A stretch of DNA of 64,000 nt. Source: Monocercomonoides exilis PA203. Taxonomy: Eukaryota > Protista > Preaxostyla. Below the pieces are notes generated by a model. It did not search any database. It saw only the letters and a program-made list of their open reading frames with translations, and was not told the DNA's origin. The stretch spans positions 186,001 through 250,000 of the forward strand of contig LSRY02000063.1 of assembly GCA_001643675.2 (NCBI GenBank). The letters are read 5' to 3'. The stretch's first letter is position 1; every line of letters starts with the position of its first letter. The position numbers and the translations under genes are program-made. Positions 1 through 10,649 of this stretch are shown piece by piece.

Positions 1-300
1 ATGAGGAATAAGGCACATCTTTACGAAATATGGAGGAAAATACAGACTTTCAAGCTTTTTGTGCACTTAGCATTATAAAATCGATTCGCTCATAACATTA
101 TAAAACTTCATCATATCTCAAAACAAGTTTGTTTTCATATCTGTCAAAAAACGACATTGAAATAATAGCAAAATGTTTTGTGACATTCCATGAATGTCAA
201 AAAATGAACACATTTTAATTTTATTTTTTGAACCAAAAAGTTAATCAAAAGTGCATAATTTTTCAATGAAAATGCCAAAAATCAAATATATTGTCCCAAT
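1..300. repeat. Dispersed repeat, right part of a GGGACA-type element; diverged copy at ~54925-55200
   Basis: Collinear motifs shared with 54925-55200 (atggaggaaaatacagactttcaag; gcataatttttcaatgaaaatgcc; ttgtccc end). Confidence 0.55.
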
Positions 301-349
301 CAATTTAAGAAAAACTAAAATATCGGTCATTCCATGAAAAATCACAAAT

Positions 350-393
<44 letters not shown>

Positions 394-825
394 GGTTAAA
401 CAAAATTGGAGATTTTTTGATCAATTTTATCTTTTAATACTGAAATCTTAATGACATATAGAATATGAATTCACAAACCTATTCGATGTGAGAATATGTG
501 CATGCATAAAAAATCTGATTGAGTTTTTTCAATAAATCATCAAATTAGGAACATTTTTATTTCACTCATAAATTAAACATTTGCGACTTTTCAAAAAGAA
601 TGACCTAAATAAAGACTAATATAAAGACAAAATTTCAATACAAATTTATATAAACAAAACAAAACAAAACAAAACAAAATTTGAAAATTTGTAAATTATT
701 AAATAAAAAAATAAGAAAAAAAAATAATAATAATTATTGCAATAATTAAAATTATTATTTTAACAAGAATAATAATAGTTATTTATATTTACTCATAAAA
801 ACTCTTGAAAACAATTTTTTTAATT

Positions 826-1002
826 GGGACAAAATTTTAGCAATAATGAAAAAAAACGAGATTTGTTCCAAACTTTTTCTGCAATCATGTAATTATAACA
901 CTTTCATTCTCATGCATAACAATAAAGGGAAATTTAGAAAATGAGAAAAATATTTGAAAATATAGCGTGGAACAAAATTCATGAAGCAATAAATTTTGTC
1001 CC
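826..1002. mobile_element. MITE (177 bp), GGGACAAAATTT TIRs, 4-bp AATT TSD
   Basis: aatt|gggacaaaattt ... aaattttgtccc|aatt. Related right ends (ttgtccc) occur near 297 and 55198. Confidence 0.7.
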
Positions 1003-1710
1003 AATTCAAAAAAGATATAAAAATTTTTGGACTGAATTATTCAATTCAAATTAGAAAGTATTTTTCATTTTGATAGCGAATAAAAAAAGTGGGAAATTTA
1101 ATATAAATTCGTTTGCAGAAAGTATTAATACTTCAAAAAATGCATATATCAAACCCAAAAGGTTAAACCGAAAAATGTTGATCGAAAGTGATTTTTATCG
1201 AATTTTGATAACATCAAAATTCTGATTGAGTAAAATCACATTTGATTCAATCTAATAAAACTAATCTATTCCAATAAACAATTATTAACTATTTTCAAAT
1301 ATCACTTATAGATATGAAAAAGGTCTATGAAAATACAAGAGCGCGAACAATTTCAAATAACATTTCATAAAAAAAAGTTTCCACTTAAAAGGAGAAATTA
1401 TTTAAAGTACATTAAAAATAAAATTTAAAAATTAAAATGTAAGCGCAAAAGAATTGGTCACTCATTGTACTTAAAAAAACATAAAATAAAATTAAAAGAA
1501 GTTCTTTTCGAAGAAAACCTTTCCAAACACTTTGCAGAAAAATTAATAATAAATAAATTTGTAAAAAAAATTTACCTTTTCATCATTTACAAGAACTGTT
1601 CAAAATTCAAAAAAGAACAAAATATCCTGAATAATCATACAATAATGAGTAGACATTTAATAAATCATACAACTAGAGCATATTTGACAAATAGAAAGGT
1701 TATATACAGG

Positions 1711-2806
1711 TTAAATTATGGAATCCATTTCTTTCTCCTCTTCATACGTATCATCGTCATCATCATCTTTTCTCTTTCTTGCCATGGAAAGTGAACTGAT
1801 CTCCAACAGTTGAGAAACCTCTTTATCTTCTTCCTTTGTTGATTCTTGGCACAAAGGTTGTTGGCCAACTTCTTCAGCAAAGCCCGTGCTCGGAGAAATG
1901 GCATCAAAAAACGATAAATCGGGTGTAAAAATATGTAAAATACGTTCATTGGAGCATGAATCGCTGATCGCTTGAAACGGATCTGATTGTGAAATATTTT
2001 CTGAATGTGAAGAAACGCTAAAATTGATAAATTTTTATTTTGAAAGAAAAACATATTAAAAAAATCAAGCAAATATTTATTGCTAATAAAAGTAAAACCT
2101 AAAATCAATGCACCTCATGGAATGAAAAACATCTTCGTGAAAAGGTTTTGAAACGTATGGCTGTTTTTGTAACATATGAATTTCTCTTAATTTTTTTGTA
2201 ACCACAGTTGAAGAATTTTCTGAAAAATTATCCTTATATTGTGTTTTGTTACACTTCAGAAGTAGCTTTTCTCTGGACTTTTCTTGACGTCGCCTTCTTC
2301 TCCATTCCTTGTGGCTCTTTTTCTTTAGTGGACAACGTTTTTCAACATGACCAACTGAATGGCAAAAAAAACATATTCGCTTATCATCATTTGGACAATT
2401 GCAGCTCAGATGACCTGGCTCTCCACATTTATAGCAAAGCTGACTTAAGGATTCTCTTTTTATTTGGAAAGAAATTAATGGACATTTGTCAGATGAATGC
2501 CCAACTTCTCCACATCGAAAACAGCGGATACAACGGTTTAAAATCACTTTTGAGGAAGAACCAAAGAAAGGTGCCTTTTTATCAAAAGCTGAAGAAGATA
2601 TTTGAGTCGAATTTTTTCGAGCAGTTAAAATAGGAGATGGCAAAGTACCTTCTTTCTCATTTTCGCAAACAAAATGAAAAGGCATAAAGCTTGAAGATAG
2701 TTTCAAATATTGTCATTAACACAATATCACAAAAGAACTTAGCATACCAAGAAATAGAACTGTACGAAGAAGGAATCAGTTCGAAATTAAAACGATCTGA
2801 AACCAT
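1711..2806 (-). CDS. CCHC zinc-knuckle nucleic-acid-binding protein (three C-x2-C-x4-H-x4-C knuckles), predicted 3 exons
   Basis: ORF 2083-2706 has CFRCGEVGHSSDKC, CYKCGEPGHLSCNC and CFFCHSVGHVEKRC. ATG at 2806. Frame-preserving GT-AG introns at ~2690-2747 (GTATGC...TCAAG) and ~2019-2113 (GTGCAT...TTTTAG) join an acidic last exon ending at TAA 1711-1713. Confidence 0.75.
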
Positions 2807-3054
2807 TGCTTAATATTTTTCTCAAAACTAACTTTTTCAAAAATTCAAGTTTATTTTTTCATGTTTTTAATAAAAAACCATCTTAATCTTCGGAGCTCTA
2901 TTAAATTCAACTTAAAACTCACTAAATTTCACTCCCTAAAATAAAAAGAAATAATTAATTCAACATAACTCATGTTGATAAACAAAACTATAATAAAAAT
3001 TGGAACAACATTAAAAAATAACACAATGTCTTCCGAAACTATATAGAAACTAAA

Positions 3055-4877
3055 CTACTTTGCTTGATAGTAAACATCGACCAACTTTGAGCGAGAACCT
3101 CCACCAGAATGGTGCCAGAAGGTCTTAGAGTGCTTGCTTCCCCATCCCCATTGGATCTTAACCTTTGTCTTGAAACCGTGCCACTTAACCTTGACCTTAA
3201 TCTTTGTTCTCAATTGCCACCATCCCTCAAATCTGACATCATATGGTTCATGGTTTGCATACATATAGAACCCAACGCGACATTGGTTTCCATCAACATA
3301 TGCAGTTGGATCAAGATGTTCTGCAATTGATCCTGAAAGGGTTATTCCTGCTTTAGCAACTGCAACAGATGCCTCTGCACCAGCATGAGCTGTTGCTTTT
3401 CCACGTGGAATCAATTGAACAGATGCTGTTAGCTGCTGGACACACAATGAATAATGCAAGCTTGCTGAAAACTCGAACGTAACGCCTGCTTTAAATGTAA
3501 TCTTAACAACATAAACCATGATTGAATAAGAGAATGATAAATCTTTATTCCATGTTGCAAGTGTGATTGTTCTATCAACACAATCAAGCCATGGGAAGGA
3601 TTTTTGATAGAATACATGACCAAACAAAGACAACTCGATTGCATTTCTGGTTGGTGATCCATACAACTGACCGTATTCTGCATAGGCGTGGGCAGCTGAA
3701 AACGTTTTTCCAAGAATCAAGATGTCAATATCACCATATGCACCAGCAATATAACTTCTTGGCCCATCAAGTTTGCATCCTTTCTTAACTGCAGCAACTG
3801 CACTTGCTGAAATTTTCAGACCAATATTTTTGTTTCCAAATGTATATGATTTATCAAATCCACGGCAAACATCTGTATCTCCAGGACATGCCATTTTTCC
3901 ATCAATAAAATCTGACTCAATAAGATCTTCTTCCTCTTCTTCAATCTCTGGTCTTCTATTAAGATAATAAGCATAATTTAAATATGGAACCTTAACAAGA
4001 TGTCCGTTCGCTTGCATAAATTCTTCTGGTGATTGGAATTCAAAGTTAACTTCTTCGCTATTTCCCATTGCGAAATTGTTCAATTCAGTAGTTCCGTAAA
4101 CAAACATTGTTGCAGCTGATTCATCATTGCTCTGAACATCATCAACATCTTTGTACAAGTTTATTGAAGTTTGTGATTTTGAAGAAACAATTCTGTCATT
4201 CATAATTTGTCTAACATTTGATGCATCAATACTAACATTCTTTGCAGAAAGTCCTTCATCCAAAAATGCAACAAAATCATCTTCAGTGTAATGTGAATTA
4301 ACAATTGTGCTTGATCCATCGCTTTCAGTTTGGAAATATTCAAAATGAGAACCTTGTGGATCAACAACATTCACTGATTCGTAATCAGAATTCGATTGTG
4401 CAATAATATTTGTGCGCAAGGCATATGCAACGCCAATTTTCAGAGCAACTTGATCCTCTGAATCGTCTTCATCTGCAGCAACATCTTGAATTGTACCGTC
4501 ATTCAAATGAGTGAAGTACAATGGATTTGAAAAATCCTTTAAAAAAAGACAAAATCCAAATTAATTTTATAATAAATGATCAAATATCACACAGAATCAA
4601 CATCTGAGTCATGAACAGTATTCTCTGATGATTCTGTATTTCCAACAACTCCTTGCACGTTGTTAACTGTCATTTCGATGTATGCGCCTTTTGAAGTTAC
4701 TTGGAGTACTTTAAAATTTGCATCACAATTAATATTAATTTGAGTTGATTCTTCTTCATTAGAATCGGAAGTTGTAACTGTTCTTACATCAGAATTATAC
4801 TTGTAGCTGAAAGTTTCACCTTTCTGGTAAAACAAACCAGAAGTTAGTGAAAGAGAAAATAGAAACGCTAACAACAT
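3055..4877 (-). CDS. Secreted protein with vitellogenin/large-lipid-transfer-like N-terminal beta region, 2 exons
   Basis: Signal-peptide-like MLLAFLFSLSLTSG followed by YQKGETFSYKYNSDV. A phase-0 intron (~4538-4592, GTGTGA...TTAAAG) joins ORF 4587-4877 to ORF 3055-4521 (DFSNPLYFTHLNDGTI). The family call rests on motif resemblance only. Confidence 0.6.
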
Positions 4878-5288
4878 TTCTAGATCAACACTGCATATAA
4901 TATCGATTTCAATTTCTTTGAATACTGGGTCCTCACATAATTATTTTTTTGATAACTTCAATAAATCATGATCATAAATTTTTATAAAAAAAATCATTAA
5001 TATTAAATTTAAAAAATTACACATGCAAATTTTGATATTTCTCAATGTTATTTTATTGTTAAAAGTTTGAAAAATAAGAATTTTCTTTCATTTTTAATAA
5101 AAAAAAAAAATAAATTAGTCTGCTTTTCAGTTTTCTCTCTATTTCTATCATTTTTTAAACTCTCTTTTTCAATGAAAAATATCTGTTGGATTTATTCTTA
5201 TCATGAAATTGGTTTATGTGTTTCAAAGAAAAGGCAAATGATTGGATAAAAATAAATGGGATAAAAAAGGTTTTTGAGACGAGAAAAA

Positions 5289-5369
5289 TGTCCCAACCTG
5301 GAATTGAACCAGGATCACGGCAAGTTTTTGCTAAAAGTGCCATATGCTTTCCTTTTGCACCACCAGGAC
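5289..5369 (-). tRNA. tRNA gene, probable anticodon TTT (Lys) with a predicted 8-nt intron; isotype uncertain
   Basis: Minus strand: GTCCTGG TG GTGC AAAAGGAAA GCAT A TGGCA CTTTTA[GCAAAAAC]T TGCCG TGAT CCTGG TTCAATT CCAGG TTGGGAC A. Full cloverleaf, GGTTCAATTCC B-box, TTTTT terminator directly downstream. Confidence 0.8.
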
Positions 5370-5378
5370 TAGAATAGA

Positions 5379-7689
5379 AGAACTTCATTCATTTTTCCGA
5401 ATCGCGAAAATTCGACTGAATCACATCGATTTAGTTAGAACTTTTTGGATTTTTCTTTAACTTTTCGAACCTTTCTTTAACTTTTTCGTGTCCAGTTGGG
5501 GAATTTTATTTTTTATGATGTGATCTTTCTTATTTTTGTTTTCCAGTTATTTCAATAGCACTTTGAAAATAAGAAGCGTGTTACAAACAGAAGGTTTATA
5601 TATCAGTTTGAAAACTTTCAAATTTACTTTTTTTTAAAATATGTTCAATTTTGATTCTTCTTTTGAATATAACATATAAACCAGATATCCTGACACTGAC
5701 TTCGACAATATTCAATATAAATTTGAATTGCCGTGTTTATTTTTATGAAATTGATGTATTTATCGATTGAATATAAACATTTGTTGAAAAAATATTCTTC
5801 TGAATGAAATTTTCAATTTTTGTTTGTTTGTTAGTTATTTAATAGCATATCAGTATTTTCTTTTATATTTTTTGTAAAATAAAGTTAAAATAAAATTCAA
5901 GAACTCATTATTAAAAGCTTTCTGTTTAATTTTTGAAAAAGTTAAAAATCTATGATGTGAAAAGGAAAAAACAATAAAAACTTAATGCTTTTCTTTGAGA
6001 AGAGCTTGCAATGGTGTTTGTGTTGGTTGTTGACTTAAGGCATTTGATAAAATTGTTGATGAAGAGGCAGAGGAACTGGGCGTTGAACGAAATAATCGAG
6101 TTGATTTCCACTGGTTAGGGATGTACCAGGAATGCTGATCTCTTGTATCTTTTCTTTCTTTATTTGTCATTTCGCTCTCTTTTTCTATTTTTTTGTCTCT
6201 TTCCTCTTTTTCTTCCAATGAGACTTTCTTTTTCATTTCTTTCGTTATATTTTCTTGGATCTGAACGTCTTTTGGGTCTTGGGACTCATCCGAATCATCT
6301 GAAAAAGAAAAGTTATGGCATATAAATATATAAAAATGAATAAATAACATGAAAAAGAACAATATGGGTTAAAAAATAAAAAACACACTATCTGCCTGAA
6401 TAGGCAGAATTGTTAATCTTGGTGATGGAACTTGGCTCGGATTAAGTCTATTTTTCATTCTAACTCTGTATTGTTCATTTGCAATGTTCTTTGCCTTCTG
6501 TCTTTTCAAATACTCAATTGTCAGAGCATCTAAAAAACGTTGATTTGCATCCAGATCATGAGTTGTCAAAGGATTTTTCAAAATATGGTAATTTGTTAAA
6601 CAACAGGCAACAATAAAATAATCTGCTATTCTTTCAGGCTCAAAAGGCCACTGCCTCCGGAAAACAGGAAATAGCGTCTTGAGCCTTCCAAAAAACCGTT
6701 CAACTATTACTCTTTTCGATGCCAATTCTTGAGTACCCACAGGTTTAGTAATAATTGCATCAAGCTCTGGCTTTGCCCCGATATAGGCAGAGTCAGCCAG
6801 TATTTTCGAGCCTTTCAGTTGATCCTTAAAGAGCGGATAATGCTCCTTAAACACTGTGAAATCATGAGTGGACCCTGTGTGAACAGAACTTATTGTGCAG
6901 GCTGTTCCAACAGCAGGGTTCACTCCGACTTCGACCTTCACACAATAGATGTGGTGTTTGCCACTGTAGAATTTTTTGCCATTCATTAGACTACCTCCTG
7001 GCCTGTTTATTGGTAAAACGGTGCAATCCAGAACAATTGCAACATCATTCATATCGATTAAGCGATTCTCTCTGAATGTCAAAAATAAATGGGTAAGTGG
7101 CTCTTTGATATCTGAAACAATTGAATGAAGCAATTTGACTGTTGAATTTTTTGTTTGATAGTAAGAAGATGCCAAAATATGAGTTAATGTTGTAGAGCCA
7201 TCATGCAAAAAATTCATTAAAAGAAATAACTGATCTCTGAACTCGTTCACTGCTCTTTCCTTTCCTCTGTGGGGAGAAACCTCATCGCTAAGAAGTCGCA
7301 CAAGGAGATCGAATTCAAACTGGGCAAAACCTGTTAATCGGAAATATGATGTTATTGGTTCACCTGTCAACTTTTTTGCAAAATCAATTACAGATTTTTT
7401 TGTCTCCTTTTTTTCAACTTCAACTCGTTCTGGAATTGCATTTCGCTTTTCGACGGAACTCAAGACATCAAGAAATGATGTTTGAGACATCAGCGATAAA
7501 CCAACGTTGTTCACGGATCAATATTTCCCATTTTTTGAATATAATTTCTTAGGATCGAGTTCCCATCATTTCAACTATCGGATGTGACTCAATCACATCG
7601 ATGTGATTCGAACTTTTTCATTCTTTCTCAAACTTTTTGTTTCGAGATTAATAAAAGAAGAATTGATTAAATAACATCAATGAAGTTCT
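5379..7689 (-). mobile_element. PHIS/Harbinger-type DNA transposon E1 (tRNA-proximal)
   Basis: Left end AGAACTT-N27-CGACTGAATCA, right end AAGTTCT followed by AGT; contains a transposase gene. Confidence 0.8.
5982..7490 (-). CDS. DDE_Tnp_4/HARBI1-like transposase, 2 exons (E1), apparently intact
   Basis: LDCT / ADSAY / VIVERFFGRLK triad; FYSGKHHIYCVK; GSTHD. Phase-1 intron ~6299-6388 joins exon 2 (WYIPNQWKS...PLQALLKEKH*). Confidence 0.85.
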
Positions 7690-7692
7690 AGT

Positions 7693-10030
7693 AGAACTTG
7701 TTCGAATTTTCCCTGCCGCACCGAATTGATTGAAGAAATTCGAATTATTTGTGACTTTTTGAATGTTTCTCGCTCAATTCGGTATTTTCTCAATCTTTTT
7801 CCAGGCAACTCGAGGATTTTCAAATTTTTTTTGTTTTGTAACTTGTGATCATAACTTTTTTTGTTTCTTAAATTACTTCACCATTATTTTGAGTTAGGTT
7901 TTAACATTTTGTTTGTATGTTTATTATATGTAATTAAAACTTTTTATGATCGGTTTTTTGAGTTTTGTTTATTTTTTGTTTAGTGCATTTATATCATGTT
8001 TTTATGCAATTTTAACGAGTATAAATAACTTTTAACCATTTTAAACTATATTTTTTATATGTTTAGTATAAATATGATAGTTCTGAATGTTTAAATAATA
8101 TTTTTTTAACAAATTCACTCATTTCATATTTTTATATTTTGTTTTAAGTATTAACAATGAAATAAAGTTATTCGATAAAAATTTCTTGTATTCTTATATA
8201 TGTTTTATGTAAATTTAAACAAAAAAACTTATCAATAATAAAATCATATTGTATTTAGATAAAAAGGTAACCAAGGTGAATTGAAAAATAAAAAACAATA
8301 GAAAAACTCACTGTCTTTGGTTTAACAAGCTCTGCAAAGGAGTTTCGCTGACTCTCTTTTCTTTTATTGAAGCACTAGAGGAAGAAGCAGAAGGAAAGGA
8401 AGACGATGATGAGGGTTGCTGAAAGCGAAGAGACCTCCACTGATTTGGTAAAAACCAACTTGATAATTCGTCACTGTTTCTTTCTCTTTCTTCATCTTCA
8501 TCTCTTTCGTTGATTATTATTTCGTCTCTCCTTTCCTTTTCTTCGACAGTTTTCTTTTCTTTCTTCTCCTTTTCATCTTTTCTTTCTTTTTCTCTTTGAT
8601 CTTCCCCAGTTCGCTGCTCTTGGGCTTCAGAATTGCCTGAAAAACATAGTTATGGTAATGTTAATATAAAAACAAGTAAAATAAACATTATAAACATTAA
8701 TATGGGTAAAAATAAAAAAGTCTAACTATCTTCTGAATAAAATAGAGTTGTGATTGATGATGGTGTTGGAGCTTCAGGATTCAATCTTTTCTTCATATTG
8801 ACTCGATAGCGTTCATTAGCGATTCGCTTTGCTTCCACTTTCTTCTCATGTGACTGCATCAAATATCCAATGAATCGAGAATTTGCATCTGAGTCGACTG
8901 CAGTCAGTGGATTTTTCAGGATGTGAAAATTCGTCAAACAGCATGCAATTGTGAAATACTCCGCCACTCTTTCCACTTCAAATGGCCATGGACGCCTGAA
9001 AACGGCAAAAAGAGTCTTCAACCTCCCAAAAAATCGCTCGACAATTACTCTTTTGGATGCCAATTCGGGTGTTCCGACAGGTTTTGAGATTATTGCACCC
9101 AATTCTGGTCTTGCTCCAATGTATGCTGAGTCAGCAAGTATCTTTGCTCCTCCCAATTGACTCTCAAATTGAGGTAAATGATCTTTGAAAAGGACAAAAT
9201 CATGTGTTGACCCAGTTTGGACGTGACTAATTGTACAAGCAGTACCAATTCTAGGATTAACACCAACTTCCACCTTCACACAGTAAATATGATGCTTTCC
9301 ACTATAAAATTTCTTTCCATATTCCAACCTTCCACCTGGACGATTTGTGGGAATTACCGTACAATCCAAAACAAGACCCACCTCCTTCATTCCTTCTAGA
9401 CGATCTGGGCGAAAAGTGAGAAATAAATCAGTCAAGGGCACTCTGATGTCTGCAGCAATTCTGTGAAGAAGGCGAATTGTTGCATTTTGAGTGTCATAAA
9501 AAGAAGAAGAAAGCATAAATGTTAGTGTAGTGGAACCATGATGAAGAAAAGTGAGTAATAAAAAAAGTTGATCAGAAAAATTGTTGATTGCCTTTTCTTT
9601 TCCTCGATGAGGAGATATTTCTTTTTGTAGAAGTTGAAGTAACAAATCGAACTCAAATCGGGCGAAGCCCGTAAAGCGAAAAAAAGCAGTTGGTGTGTTG
9701 TCCAAAATATTCAAAGCTCTTTCGATGATTGAAGTGGTTTTTTTTGTTTCTTTGATAGCAGGAGAAGCAGGCATTTTATTTCTTTCTTCAACTCTCTCTA
9801 AGACACTCAAAAGTGAAGATTCAGACATTGATCGAAACAGTCAAAAAATGATAACAACAAACACACCCTTTATATGTAAATATTTTTGTGATCAAAAAGG
9901 ACCCATGATAAAAAACAATGGATGTGATAAAATCACATTGGAACTTAGTCGATCTTTTTGGAATGATATCAAACTCAAACCAAAAAGAAAAAGTTAATGC
10001 GATATAACAAAATAAATTCGAATAAGTTCT
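7693..10030 (-). mobile_element. PHIS/Harbinger-type DNA transposon E2
   Basis: AGT|AGAACTT ... AAGTTCT|AGT, a perfect 3-bp TSD. Confidence 0.85.
8308..9828 (-). CDS. DDE_Tnp_4-like transposase, 2 exons (E2), apparently intact
   Basis: ORF 8722-9828 has the full triad. Splice A|GTTAGA...TTTCAG|GC continues in frame to WFLPNQWRS...PLQSLLNQRQ*. Confidence 0.85.
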
Positions 10031-10649
10031 AGTAGAACTTAAACGAATTGAGCGGGTCAATTCGAATTGACTAAGTCAAAACGTTTTTTGTTTATTTTAT
10101 TGGTTTTGACTCAATCAATTCGGTTTTTCATTTATTTTTGATCACTGTTTTTTCATTTTTATTATGGAAACATTTTGATCTGATTTTTTAACATGTTTCA
10201 TGAAACTTAATGTTTAGAACAAATTGACTGAAAAACGCAACAGGGTGTGTTTATTTATTTATTATTCTTTTGATTGTGCATGGTTTTTTTTTCGATCAAA
10301 CAATATTATTATGATCCAAAAATTTTTGTGTAAAATGTGTTTCGAGCCGAATCATGAAACGATCTGCATTGCAGGTGAGATTGGGACAATCAGGAGTTTA
10401 ATAACAAAGGTGAAGCGACAGTTTATTTCGCGTCCCGATTTCCTTTTCACTTTTTTTTTTATAATTTTTAATTTCATTGACTCTACATTGAAAAAATCGA
10501 TGATCAGCTTTTTTTCATTGAATATTTTTAAATAATTTTTCCTCAATTTAAAAAAAAAAAATATTTTAAATATAAAAAAGCTACTGTTTAATATTTTTGA
10601 AAAGTGAATTGATATTATAGAAAAATTTGTTAAGAATATTATAAGATAA

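Noticed and set aside
1465-2633. Plus-strand ORFs 1465-1794 and 2208-2633, and many short ORFs antisense to transposases or in AT-rich spacers
   Set aside because: Shadow or low-complexity ORFs with no recognizable motifs.
5430-5445. tagaact at ~5436 as the left TIR of E1
   Set aside because: It aligns with a subterminal motif (compare 7584-7615); the conserved N27 spacing places the true end at 5379.
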